Of a DNA stretch of 64,000 nucleotides, positions 27,746 through 43,775 are shown in pieces. The stretch is from assembly GCF_009914755.1 (NCBI RefSeq), contig NC_060939.1. The stretch is one strand, 5' to 3'. The stretch comes from the human T2T-CHM13v2.0 reference genome, Homo sapiens. Below the pieces are notes generated by a model that was given only the letters and a program-made list of their open reading frames with translations, did no database searches and was not told the origin of the DNA. A program made the translations under genes and the position numbers. The stretch's first letter is position 1. Every line of letters starts with the position of its first letter.

Positions 27746-30700
27746 GGATTATTATGGGTTAACTTTACTCATAAACACATGCAAAAATCCTAAACAATAT
27801 CCTAACTACAACGGAATCAAGTAATATAGAAAATGTAATATAAAAATTTTAAATATATGAAAAGTTGGATTTATTGTAGTAGTATGATACTACTACATAC
27901 ACATAATATAATGATACTACTACATTATAATGTAGTAGTCTAATGTAGTCCATTAGAAATGGACTCAGTGTAATGTGTCATATCAATGCAATAAAAAAGT
28001 CTGATAAAACCTCAATACATGCAGTAAAGGCATTTCATAAAATTCAACATTCTGTCACAATAACAACTCTTAGAAAACCTGGAATGGAAGGACACATGCT
28101 TAATCTCATAAAGTACCTACAAAAATTCTATAGCAAACATCACACTTGGTGGTAAAAGGTTGAAAGCTTTTCCTTTGGGGCTGGGAACATGCCAGTAATG
28201 ATCACTATCACCACTTCCATTCAACACTATACTGGAGGTTCTAACTTACATAAGAAAAAGAAAGAAAAGGTATAAGGATTACAAAAGAGCAAATGAAACT
28301 ATCATTATTCATGAATGATATGACTGTACAGGTAGAAAATCCAAAGGAGTCCACAGAAAACTTATTAGAATAAGTGAATTCAGCAAAGTCACTGAATACA
28401 AGATGAAAAATACCAAAATCAATTGTATTTTTATACAATAAGCAACAGAAAATAAAAATTTTAAAATAATACCTATGATTGCATTTAAATATTAAATACC
28501 TAGTAGTAATTCAAACTAAAGATGTGTAAAATCTCAACGTACAAAACTATAAAACACTTTTGAGAGTAGCTAATGATCTACATGAATGAAGAGATATATC
28601 ATGTTCACAGATGGGAAAAATCAGTATCGTAAAAATGTCAGTTCTCCAGAAGGCAATCTATAGATCCAATGCAATCCCAATAAAAATCCCAAGAGAATTT
28701 TTTGAGGCTGATTTCATAATTTATATGGCATATAAAGAGCCAAGAATAGTCAAAACACCACTGAAGAAGGTAGGATGACTTATTCTACCAGTTATTTTTA
28801 GAAAGCTAGGGTAAATAAAATAGTGGTGGTGTTGGTACAAAGATAGTCAAAACAGAGCACCTAGAAACAGACCCACACATAAGAAGGCTCCCAATTTATA
28901 ATAAAAGGGGAACTGCAGGGCATTGTGGAAAGGAAAAATTTTCTTAAACATGACTTTAAAAGGTATTCATCCTAAAGGGAAAGACTGATTAACAACATTA
29001 AAATCCAGAACCTGTGTTCATCAAAAAAGAAAGGAAAAAAGCAAACCATAGAATGGAAGAAAATTTGCAACAAAAGTAACAATAAAGGATTTGTATCTGG
29101 AATTCATAAAGAATCCCTACAGAACATCAGAAAAAGACAGACAATCCAATTAGAAAAACAGGCAAGAGCTTTGAACAGGCTCCTCACAAAAGAGGATACA
29201 GAAATGGCCAACATGTATATATACACACACATTATACATGTTAGAGTCACAACAAAAAATACAATTTTTAAAAATAACACACCCATCAGAATAGCTAAAA
29301 TTAAGGAATCTGGCAAAAGAAGTGCTGGAAGGAGGTGGAGCAATTGGGAATTCCTACACATTGCTAACATATTAACAACCATTTTGGAAGAAAGTTTGGC
29401 ATTATCTACTAAAGCTGAAGACACATATATCCTGTGACCCTGCAAATCCACTCCTGTATATTTCTCCAACAAAAATACATGTATGAGTCCATTAAAATCA
29501 TAATTCCCCAAAACACAACCCAAATGTCCATCAACAGTAGACTAAATTGTGGTATAATGCATACACTGATAAACTATACAGTTATGAAAATGAGCTACAA
29601 CAAAATATGAATAAGTCTTACACACATAAGGTTGACTGAAATGAATCAGAGACAAAATAATACATCTTAGATGATACCATTTATATAAAGCTCAAAGTTA
29701 GGTAAAGCAAAACTACAGTGCTCAGGGATACATATTTTGGTAGCAAACAAAAAATAAAGTAAGTCATTAATGTAAAAATCAGGTTACTGCTTACCTTTGG
29801 AGGAGAAAGAGGATTGTGACTAGAAAGGGAAAGAGGAGAGCTTCTGGGGATGCTGGCAATGTCCTATTTCTTGAGCTGGGGTGGTATGTGGATGTTCATT
29901 TATAATAATTCCTTAAACTGAATATGTTTCTGTGTTTTGTATGTGTTTTGTTGTTATGTATGTGTTGTATTTTGCAATAAAAAAGATATTTAAGAGTTCC
30001 TTTTCAAAGTTAGCTATTTATGGAAATATACGAATAGCCTTTGAAAATTATGTGACTTTAAACTGACAAATTTCTGAGTTGAGTTTGGCAAGAAAGAAAG
30101 GAAAAGTGCTGTCTCAAAAATAGAAATCCATGATCTAGGGCAGGTGATAGGGTAAAGGCTGGAGGGTAGTTCTAAGGGCATTCAGGCTAACTCCTCCAAA
30201 ACTAAAACACTTAATGGGATAAAATCAGGAGGATTACAATATTGCTATTCCACTTTTAGTTCTAAAATCAACAAGGAAAAAACATGTTAAGAAAAACAAG
30301 CTAAAAACAGAAGATCACTCTGCAAATTTAACAAAAAATGACAAAGTATTCTTTATGTTATAAATTCCAGGACATCATCCAGTTCCATTTGACATTGACT
30401 ATTTCTAGCCAAATGAATAAATAATATGATTTAAAAGCCTCAAGGAGCTTGAAAATCTGAGTTTATTCCTAGTGTCCACATTCCAGTATTCAATAAAAGA
30501 GCTGCCTTTTTTCAGTGTTCATACCATCAGCTGGCCACCGGAGTATTTCACCATGAGTTAGCTGCAAATCTTTTAATATGGCTAAAGAAAATCAAACAAG
30601 CTCAACAGATCTGATCTCTTTTAAGAAGCATTAAACAAAACAAAGAAAAATGGAAACTCCTACAGCCTAGAATTATCTTAAAAAGATTAAAGTAATTTTT

Positions 30701-32348
30701 AAAAAGTTGATTACATGGAGCTTTTAGAAACATGAGAAAATACTAATATTGTGTTAAAAACAGTACATAAGGTTGTATACCATTGGTTTTAAAAATGAGT
30801 AATACAAAATTTGCAAATACACTAAATTATTAACAGTAGTTTCCTGACTGGAATAATATCCTTCACTTTCCCACTTTCCTAAAATAAGCATGAATTTACT
30901 TTTTTCAAACTGGAATTTTTTCTTTTGGATCCATGTTCACTGTATATTCTCTTGTAGTGTTTTTTTCCATAATTGTTTTTCTACCACCAGTGTGTCACAG
31001 AGTGAAAAAGGCAAATATTTTCTTGACAGTATCATAAAAATAAATTTGACCTTGTAGACCTCCCTGAAAAGGATCTGTAGATAACACTGAGAAGTGGTTT
31101 ATAGTATCCTTTGTTCATTTTTCACTGGGTAGCTAATCTTTCTATTTACTTATAGGAGCTTCTCTTTATTAAGGAAAATTAGACTTTGAAATAGGAATTG
31201 AAAATATTTTCTTATGGTACGTCACTTCCCTTTTACTTTCCTTATGGTCATTTTTGTCACACAATAATACCTGGTTTTTGTTGCTGAACCTTTCAACTTT
31301 TTTCTTTAATGGTCTTATATAATAGCAAAGCCCTGTCCAAGATTATATTTTTCCATCATAATAGGGATTGTATTGGTTTTGACTGATCACAGACTACATG
31401 AATAATTTGTACCCAACTCTTAATGCAAGTACTGGAAAAAATATAAAGCCATATTGTCATCCTTTTTCTCAGTAACTATTCCAGTGACTTCCTGGCTTAA
31501 ACTTTGCAGGCAAACTGTTCCTAAAATGAGAATATCAAATACAATTATCTTGAACTGTTGATAAGTAGTAGGTCTCAAGTCCTACTAAATCACAATTTAA
31601 TATTATATACAATACCCAGATTTCCAATCCTTTATAGCACATTAACAGGATTATCAGAAAAATCTGGACTGGACTACCACTACCAAAGACATCACAGATA
31701 ATATGCTTTTGACAGAGAGCCAAGATCAGGAAGCAGTTTAAGACATTATTAGGCTTATAGAGAGCTAACTATTCTCAGTTTGTACAGAAAAATAAACTAG
31801 CACTGAATTCATTCCTTTCAAGTGGGAGGAAGTGGAGTTCTCTTCTTAAAAGCTGTGTTTTCAGAGCTCTAAAAAGGTACACTTATAAAATAATTTAAAA
31901 ATTCTTCTGAATTGTACAATGAGATACTGGGACCCCTGACTTAATAAGAGATCTTTAATCACACTTAAGCTTCTTTCTGGCTTGTTTTCAGTTTCTGTTT
32001 TATGAAGATAAATGTTTTTTGGTTAATCTCTTTCCATTTGCTCCCCTTTTCCCTTTTTATTTGCACTTTTTTCACCCTAAAGATGTATCCTCTTCAGCCA
32101 CCTTTTATGGCTTGGTTTCAACTTTTGCATGAAAAGGTTTAGCTGATAACTTTGCTGATTTCCCCTTGTGCTCCTTCCCGATTGCCCTTTGAGCTGAGTT
32201 AAACTACTTGGATATTTTGGCAGTATTAAGGTAGAGAGGTAGGGTACTTGAGTTCTACAGGATGCAGGGCAGTGAGAACCTCTGCCAGGATGGAGTGCCA
32301 GAGCTGTACTTCCAGTACTTTTATGTTTTAGTCTTTGATGTGAATCAG

Positions 32349-32659
32349 GTTTTTTTTTTCTTTCTTTCTTTCTTTAAAGATACAGGGTCTTACTCTTGCT
32401 CAGCCTAGAGTGCAGTGGCACAATCATAGCTCACTGCAGCCTTGAACTCCTGGGCTCAAGGGATCCTTCTACCTCAGTGTCCCCAATTCGTCGGACTATA
32501 GGCATGTACCACCATGCCCAGCTAACTTTTTAAATTTTTTGTAGAGATGATATCTCGCATTGTTGCCACGGCTGGTCTGAAACTCCTGGCTTCAAGCAAT
32601 CCTCCTGCCTTGGCCTTCCAAAGTGCTGGGATTATAGGCATGAACTACTGTGCCTGGCC
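32349..32659 (-). mobile_element. AluJ
   Basis: CATAGCTCACTGCAGCCTTGAACTCCTGGGCTCAAG; TSD TGAATC..TTTT. Confidence 0.9.
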
Positions 32660-33522
32660 TGAATCGGCTTTTTTTTTGTTTCTTTTCTTCCCTACATGGA
32701 TATTCATTTTCCCCACATCATTTAGTGAATCCCAGACCTTTGAAATGCCACTCACATTATAATCCTTTATTTTTCTCTTTTAGAATTTTCCTATTCTGCT
32801 TCTTTATTTTCTTATGAATTTTAGTATCAACTTGTAAAGATCCCCAAAGTATTCTTTTGCTGTTTTTGTTGAGACCTCATTTGTAAGTAGTTATGAAACT
32901 CTTTCCTTGTCTGTGTAAGAACTGATCTTTGGTCAAATGTTCTAGCTCAGGACCCCTGGAAACCTGATAAAGGCAGGATGCAAATGATGTTATTAGGCAA
33001 CATCACCTCTGGCAAAAATTAATCTGATTGATAAATCGCATCTGGAGAAGTAATTTATAAATATCCCATAGGAAGTCATATATTTCCAATTCCCTGAAAG
33101 TGGAGTCTGTTGTAACTGGACATACCCCTTGAGGGGACCCTGGAAACAATATCTATGGAATTTCACAAGAGGTTAATTCCTGTACAGGCATAAAACTTCT
33201 AAGGCAGAATAGTTCTGCATCCATTGGATGTGGAGTCCTTTTTCCTTGCACCTGAGTTGTGACTTAGAAGCCAAAGATAACTCATTGATGGTTGTGTGGA
33301 CTGCTGCAAGGGCTCCCACACGAGGATGATCTTAGGCTCTCTGCAGGCATGCTATACTCCCAGTCCCATATCCTCAGTGATTCTGATGCCAAGTGGAGCC
33401 CATGGTAGTCATATGAGTCTGAAAGTTGAGCCTAAGAAAATATCCTCTTTCCCTCCTAGTGGGTATTGAAACAATATATGAATAGATTAATTTAGAAGAA
33501 CTGACACCATTACAAAATTTAG

Positions 33523-33880
<358 letters not shown>

Positions 33881-34569
33881 TTAAGGCTTTCTTTGTACAA
33901 ATCTTTTACATTTCTTGTTAAGTGTGTTCTTTGGTATTTGATGTTGATGTTTAAAGTGTGTGTGTGTACAATATACAAATGGGCATTTTTCTTCCATCAT
34001 ATCATCCAAGTGATTGTTTGCATAAGTAAAATTTATTAATTGTACTCAGACACCTTATTGAATTCTCTTATCATCTTTAAGTTCCTTCATTGATTTTCTT
34101 GAGTTTTGCATGTATATAATCATAATGGAAATGGTGATAATTTTATTTCTTTATTTTATATCTCCAATTCTTTTTCTTAATTGCTTTATCTAGTACCTTC
34201 AAATCAATGTCAAATAATAGTGGGGATAATGGATAGCATTGCCTTTTCTGATTTTAATCAGAATGCTTCCAGTGTTCTTCCATTAAGCAAGATGTTGGAT
34301 TTTGGGTTCAGATATATTTTTTATCATGCTAAGAATGTAAGATATCCCTGTTTTAATAAGAATGTTTTTAAAAAGAATGCTAATATATCAAATGCTTTTA
34401 AAATATCTATGAGGATAATACGATTTTTCTCCACAGATCAACAAACATGGTGAATTACATTAACAGCTATCCTAACATAGAGTCATCCTTGCATTCCTAG
34501 GTTAAACCCTCCTTGGTCAAGATTTATATTTTTATATTTATAGGCTATTGAATTCTGCTTGCTGATTCA

Positions 34570-34865
34570 TTTTTATTTTATTTTAAATTTTTCTTTATTT
34601 TTTATTTTTTTGAGATAGGGTCTCCCCCTGTCACCCAGGCTGGAGTGCAGTCATGGCTCACTGCAGCCTTGACTTCCTAGGCTCAGGTGATTTTCTCATC
34701 TCAGCCTCCCTAGTGGCTGGGACTATAGGTGCTCGCCACCAGGGGTAGTTTTTTTTTTTGTTTTTTTTGTTTTTTTTGTAGAGACGGGGTTTCACCATGT
34801 TGCCCAGGCTGGTCTCAAACTCCTGGGCTCAAGGATCCACATGCCTTGGTCTCCCAAAGTGCCGG
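34570..34865 (-). mobile_element. AluJ, degraded
   Basis: Antisense Alu with T-rich tail. Confidence 0.85.
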
Positions 34866-35040
34866 TGATATTTTAACCTAGGATTTTTGAATTAATATTC
34901 ATAGATGAGGCAGTCCTACATTTATATATCAAGTGCTATCTGTGTATGGGGGTGTGTGTATAAGAACTCTCTTTCTCTCTATGGAGAGAGGTCCATAACA
35001 AGCATAATTCTTAATGGTTTTACAAATATTAACTCATTTA

Positions 35041-35347
<307 letters not shown>

Positions 35348-35527
35348 TTAACTCATTTAATCCTAAGTTTGGTACTATTAACCAATTTATAGATGAGAAC
35401 ACTGAGGCATGGAGATTAAATAACTTGCCCATATCACAACTACTAGTAAACTAGAGCTAGGATTTACACCCAAAAGTCTAGTCCAGAGTCCATGCTGTGC
35501 TCTGCTGCTTTTAATATTTCTATATGT

Positions 35528-35827
<300 letters not shown>

Positions 35828-36083
35828 CTATATGCAATTTTTATTAGCTTTTCTTTGTGTATGCATGTGTGTGTGTGTGTATGGGGCGGGGGGTGGTGAG
35901 GATCAATGTTAGACTCTTTTAGTTAAAAAAAAGACCTTTTCCCCTCTCTGCTCTGAGACAGCTTAAATTATATTGTAATTATGTATTTAAAGAGTTGGTA
36001 CGTTTTCTCTGTGAAACTATTTATGTCTGATGTTTTTATGAGAGGAAGTTCTTAGACAACTCTCCTATCTCTTCTTCTTTTTA

Positions 36084-36410
<327 letters not shown>

Positions 36411-36420
36411 TTAGTCTTAG

Positions 36421-36720
<300 letters not shown>

Positions 36721-38364
36721 CCTTTTTGGCTATTCTTATTGAGAACCTTGAAGACGACCCAGGAGGAAATTGTTTTTATGGCTAAAAAATAGTAGCTAAC
36801 ATCAGTTCCCATTCCCTATCATAAATATAAGATATAAAGCACCAAAATTTACATTAAGTACTAAACTCTGAGACTTTGTGAGTCCTGGCTCACTCTTCAA
36901 GACCCCATAGTACTAATGTCTTAGAGTTTGCTTCAAAACAAAGCCTATTTTGGTTTTAACTTAAGGTTTCCCTTCTGCACAATTATATATACAAGTTTAT
37001 ATGTAAGCTATATAGCTTTTTACAGAATTAAACCTTGTTGACTTTTACCAACTGGTAGTTCTTTCTCCATCTGCTTAATTTAAACTCATCCCTTAAGAGC
37101 TAGCTCACATGTCACTTCTACAGCCTTTCCCTGTGCCACCAGGCAGAATTAAGTACTTCTTCCTTAGTATTCTCACCATATTTGGCACACAGTACTGTCT
37201 AATCCATCTCTCCCTCCTTCCTTTTGGGACAGGCTTTCTAATACCCACATTCAATCACCTAATCATATAGATTTGCCATGCTCTGTCTAAGGAAGTCTAT
37301 ATATGATTCTATGGTCTATTTTTTCTAAGAATGATATTCTGAAACAGACAGTCTTAATTATTTAATTTGGGTGAGAATTCTGTGAGACCAGTCCATTACA
37401 GGCTTCTCAGACTGTAACAAAAATATTGAGAGTCAAATGCTCTAATGTGGGGGATCTGAGTGATACCTATTTGAGGGAAACAGGATACCCTATTTGAGGG
37501 AATCAGTTGAAACTCACTTTTTCATTTTCTCCTAAGACTTTAAGAAGATAACAGTGGAAACAAATAGAAGATACTCCAGTGTTAGAATGAATAAGGCCTA
37601 TGAGGAGAGCTTTGATTTCTTCTGAAAATTCTGTAAGGCTCACGATAGCGAAAGAATGCAAGAAGGAATGGCAAGGCATGATTGATGGGCACAAAGAAAT
37701 TAAATACTATAAATCGAAGTAAGCCTAAACAGTAAAAGAGACTCATGGTGATAATGAAGGAATGAATTGCATTGCCTTTAGTAAACCTGATGACTATTTA
37801 GAAAAAGACATATATTACCCTCATGCAGAAAGTCATGATACTTTATGAAGACCCAAAGAAAGTACACGTTACTAGGGTTTGTCTATGGGTTAAATGTGTG
37901 AGGAGGAGGAACTATGCATTATCTAGACAGAATAATAATATAACTAGCTAAAACACAAATCTCAGAATCCTAATGAAATTTTACTCAAAAATAGCACTTC
38001 AGGGCAAGACGGAAGATCACTGTTGAGTGCCTTTTGTTAAGTCACAAAAATAGGAAGGAACTGAATTATCAGACCACTTCCTGAGGAGTTTGCTTTCCTG
38101 ATAAGGAGAGATCCTTTATCCAAGGCTTTTTTTTGAAAAGACTGGTTGTTTTGTGTGGTATTATAACTAGGTATCCAAGCTTGTTCAAAAATCATATCCC
38201 AATGCCTGCAGTTATGGTTCACCAGATAATCAGGGTTAGTAAGCACTTTAAATACAGCTAGTATCTGTTTGTAGGTATTTATATCTTGCATATGAAAAGG
38301 AATTATTCTCATCAAATATTTCTGTGAAGTGCAGTGAGCCGGTAGTATTATATGTATTATAGTG

Positions 38365-39040
38365 CAGTGGTTCTCAGAGTGTAGCCCACAGATCCCCAGC
38401 AAAGATGCTGGGGTGTGATGATGTCCTCAAAACCATTTCACAGGGTCTACAATGTCAAAATTATTTTCATAATTATACTAAGATGCTATTTGCCATTTTC
38501 ACTTGTTGACATCTGTACTAATTACATACAAGCAATTGTGGGTTCAACTGCTGTCACCGTTACGTGAATCAAGGTAATGATACCAAATGGTTCTAGCAGT
38601 CTTCATATTCTTTTGCTACCACACATTTAGTTTTTAAAAAGTCAGTTTCACTTCATGTCATTGAACAAGAGGTGTAAATTAATTTTATTTACTTCTTAAC
38701 TGTTAAATTAACTATTTTCAACTTTCTGTATGATTAACTGGAAATTACACATACAGCAACTCTGTCACATACTAATGGTTATCTCAAGAAAGAGTATTAG
38801 TGCAATTCTTTGAATTGCAAGCCAAATTAGCTGCTTTATTAATGAAACAGTATTTACAATAATTGACAAAGTTTGATTATTCTTCTTGAGTACGTGGTTT
38901 GAAATTATATGAAGGGAATCTGTTACTGCAAGTGAAACAAATGGCGATATTTGTTGTCAGTGAGTAAATTTCAAGCTTTCAAACAAATATGAGAATTTTG
39001 GAAAACTTGTATCTGCCCTGTGAGTTTGACAGCTTCCCAT
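38365..39040. mobile_element. hAT-Charlie family relic
   Basis: CAGTGGTTCTCAGAGTGTAG terminus; TTTTGGAAAACTTGTATCTGCC shared in reverse with 58080-58110. Confidence 0.6.
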
Positions 39041-41125
39041 ATGGTGTGAATGCCAACACCCAGGATTTAGCCAGAAGATGTAACCATATCTTGCAAGGGA
39101 CTATCAGTGCCTACAGAAATGAGATAGAACTGAGTTCACTGTCAACAGGGTAAACTGGAGCTACTACTTATCTTTACTTAGCCTACTGACAATGAGCCGG
39201 AATAGCAGTGTTGAACAACCAAGAAAGTGGACTGCCATCTCAACACCAAGATATCATACAGAATTCTGCCTCCCCTATCACTCCTCCCAGTCTCAACATC
39301 AGGGGAGAAAGGGTCAAGAAAGACGAAAGGCAGAAGTGTCTGACAAACAGAAATTACCCACCTACCCTCCAAAGTTTTAAGTTCCAGATAAAGGTCTAGT
39401 CTGCCCTGGGAGGAAGTGAGAAGAGCACTGGATTAAAACTGACTGAAGTTTTAATATGAAGAGAACTGACTCTTAAATACTAGAATGAAATGAATTTTTG
39501 AAAATTATAGAATTGGTTTCAAGATGCTGTTAAGGTAACTGATATCTAATGGGAAAGGGAAGTTTGACAGGCTGGAGTTAAGAGGCAGTTATAGACAAAA
39601 AGAAAAACTGACTTGTATTAGCATCCCAACAAGTTAAGCCTCCTCAATAAAATGGTTACAACACAGGTGGACAGTTTTCCACAAATATTGGTGTTCTCAG
39701 CCTTCCATCCCCCCATTCCTTTTTTTGTACAATCAATGGAACTGAAGAGGGATACCAGCAATGAGATCCTGGTATGAGTTCTAGCATACCATAATATTTA
39801 AGTCTAGAACTAGTCCACCAATTTGGATTAGTTCACTCCTATTTGTAGCTCTGTCTGATAAATGCTAAGTGGATAAGAACCATATTTCTACATCTGGGAG
39901 GACACCATCGGAGTCACAGATATGAATGGACAAATAAGCATTACTAATGATAGGAGATGCTGAAAGTAATAGTAAGTATTTCAAATAATAAAGTGGAGGA
40001 GATTGCTGGGAACACAGCTCATAGAGCAGAAATTAATTTGATATCTCAATGCTTTTAACTTTCACCTTTTAATGATTCAACCAAAGAAGAAACCCAAAAG
40101 GAGGCTCATCTAACAAAGAGGAAAAACCAGTGTATTTTAAATGGATGCTGTTCAACTACACAATACAGAGGAAGGAAAATGAAGGATCTAAAGAAAGAGA
40201 TTAAGAGAAAAGCAAGTGAAAGGTAATCAAAAAGTAGAACCTGACTTGGGGCCGAACATGGAGGGTGGACAGGCATGAATGATAGACAGGGCGGAACAAT
40301 TCCTGGATGAACGAGAGACAATAATGTAGAGTGGCTGTGACACATTGCATTATTAATACATACCGAGACTGAATTGCGGGTAATGTTCATGAATCTAACT
40401 GCAATTAGTACAGGTTTCTGGATTAGGAAGGACATGAAAAGGAAAGCAGAAGGTTAGAATGTACATGTCATTGCCTCATTAAAAGAGAAGGTTTAATCTT
40501 GCAATGGACTGAATATCCATCTTCTGCAGCACTGGAAAAAAGCGCAGCTTATCTATCTGCTTTGAAAAGTAGGTTTATAGCAAAAGGCTCTTCCCTTCCT
40601 GCCTGGATAGCCACCACTAAATTGGGCCTCTCAGAACTGAGCTCCTGAAAATTCATACTACAGAAATGTTTCACTTTTAAGTGGGATTTCTGTTTTTAAT
40701 TTCTGGGGAAAAGATTTAGATAGTATCCCCTATGATGAGTTTTATTTAATATCTTTACTGCCTGCAAAAAGCCCATGCTTATGTTTGTTTTTACAGAAGA
40801 CCCTTCACTACCTTAATCAACAGACCTTTGTTAAGCACTTATTCTGTGCCAGGCAGATTAAATAATAAAGGAAGAAAAAGAATTATTTTAGTGCTAATTT
40901 GCAAACTGTGAAGATATGGGAGGAAGTACTGCTGGACCCCTGAAAGAGTAAGGGCATGATGAAGCCTGCTTCTCTTTAGAGATTTATTGGGAATCTGAAA
41001 TGCGTGCTCATTGTCACAATTTTATTTTACAACTGAGAGGAAGGGTGGCAAATGGGCAATAAATAAACCTTAATGCAGCAGTTTTCCAGTTATCCTGAAA
41101 ACTGACTTCAGGGTAACATATATGG

Positions 41126-41201
41126 ATAACTCCAGTTCTCAATGACCACTAATCAATAAGGCTGAAGCTATTGATTAGTGGTCATTGAGAACTGGAGTTA
41201 T
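41126..41201. repeat. Perfect 33-bp inverted repeat with 10-nt loop
   Basis: ATAACTCCAGTTCTCAATGACCACTAATCAATA / TATTGATTAGTGGTCATTGAGAACTGGAGTTAT. Confidence 0.97.
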
Positions 41202-41793
41202 ATGTTACTGGTTGCAAAGGAAGATATTAAAAAGTGGGCAAACCAAGGAAATAAATTATCGGTTTTACAAGGACTGTCTCAAAACCTAACCCTAAACTCA
41301 AAGAAATACTTTTTGATTACAGTAGACTCATAGATGGAATTCCATTTCCTTAAGAATCAAATGATTCCATTTAAATTCAGTTACAAATGATTAAGTTCTC
41401 TACATCCCAGGGGTCTTGGCAGGACCACCAAAAGTGACACGATTAAAGGCGGGAACAGACAGTGGAAGGAAGTGGAGAAAAAAGTTAGAAGAGGATTACG
41501 TTTTCATAGAAAGGACATGAAAAGAAAGCAAGGCAGATTATTAAGACACCAACATTTTATCTAAATACTTGATTTGAAAAATTCTGCACACTTAATCACA
41601 TAGATTCTATAATGTAACTAAAGAGAGCCAGCAGATTAAACATGAGGAATCCATAGCACCTTGAGATTTGGTGACGTTTTACTTGTTTTTTATAAAAAAG
41701 ATTCTGATAATAATCCTTGTATACACCACAAAAGCACATTTAAATTCCCAAGACAACTCCCATTTTTCCACTATTCCATGTGTTGCATCTTAC

Positions 41794-41917
41794 CATTGAT
41801 CTACGAATCAGTGACAACCTGGTCTTTGCCTTATTCTCAGCAAATTCCAAGCTACTGATATCTTTGAGACGAGCCTTGTATTTATTCATTTGTTCCACAA
41901 CAATCAGTTCCACACAA
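41794..41917 (-). CDS. MYO9A: MYO9A exon after RhoGAP core (CVELIVVEQMNKYKARLKDISSLEFAENKAKTRLSLIRRSM)
   Basis: Manual translation; TTCTGTTTCAG acceptor, GTAAG donor; 124 nt. Confidence 0.95.
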
Positions 41918-42115
41918 CTGAAACAGAAGGAAAGAGAAAAAAACTGTTAAGAGGTGAAGTAAATAAAGTATAGCACTCACAGACTGTTTTTGTGGTAGAC
42001 AGTTGAAAGATGAAGGAAAAAATTAACATCCCTTACTTGATAAACTCAGAGACAAGGTTTAGAATGGTGGTTCACAACTTTGGCTGCACTTTAGAAGCCA
42101 TCTAAAGAGCAGTTA

Positions 42116-42440
<325 letters not shown>

Positions 42441-42960
42441 AGAGCAGTTACAAATCCCAATGCCCAGGCTACACGCTACACCAATTAAATCAGACTCTCT
42501 GGGGATGGGATCCAAATATTGATATATTTTTTAAAGTTCCTTTTGCAGTCAAGATTGAGGAGAGCAAAAGAAAACCATGTTAGAAGGAAAGCAGAGCCTC
42601 AAGAAAAAAGACCAAGGTGAAATACAGGAATACTGAAGTATTAAGACCACAGTTAGACTAGATTACAGGAAGATACTAAGTGTCCATAATTTGGTAAAAT
42701 GGAAATTTAAAATCTATTTAGAAACTACAAGCAGTCCTAAAGAAAAGCCAGATTTTAAAAATAAGATGCTTTAAGACAAATGATGCTCAGTTGAATCCAG
42801 GAGTTTGCATCCTCAGCATAAGAAAACCCAGCAGTGTCCAACAATCTTCTTAAAAACACCTGAATTTATGAACCCATTCACTATGTTTGATATCTGGATA
42901 CAGTGACTACATAGTCAGAAGTCCCTGAGGTCTTGCAAAGGTTATGGTAACTGGCCTTAC

Positions 42961-43092
42961 GTGGTAGTCTTACTGATGTCCTGTACACTTTGTAGTGGGT
43001 CAGTGGTGTCAGGGCAGCGGAGAATGCAGGGCGCAAACACAATGGCCAAAGCATTAGCAGACATTCGATTAGTGTCTTCCTGCAGAGCAATC
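42961..43092 (-). CDS. MYO9A: MYO9A RhoGAP exon ([43 protein letters not shown])
   Basis: RhoGAP NRMxxxxLAIVFxP motif; canonical splice sites; 132 nt. Confidence 0.97.
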
Positions 43093-43319
43093 CTAAGAAT
43101 TAAAACAAAACAAAAAACAAATGAGTAAGGGATAAAAAGGGAGCACCATAGGGAAATAGGCAGAAGAGATGAGCAAAAGAAGACAGTATGACATGAACTG
43201 CATAGTACTAGAAGGATATCCATTAAGTTTAAGGGTCTGCAGACTTTTCCCAAGTTGTTCCTTTGTTCCTTTGTCTCTGGAAAATGTATTTTCACTTGTT
43301 CTTTCCTTGAAGCAGTCTA

Positions 43320-43775
<456 letters not shown>

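Larger units (their letters stand above)
23970..29985 (+). mobile_element. Ancient, near full-length degraded L1 (L1M-type) with nested MER58 and two Alus
   Basis: A-rich + strand; ORF1-like AGGAATGAAGGTGAAATAAAGACATTT; ORF2 remnants (TTCAACACTATACTGGAGGTTCTA, CAAATGTCCATCAACAGTAG); AATAAA near 29976. Confidence 0.75.

Noticed and set aside
40424-41532. About 25-bp purine-rich similarity (AAGGACATGAAAA(G)GAAAGCA) at 40428 and 41511
   Set aside because: Short and low-complexity; could not extend the alignment
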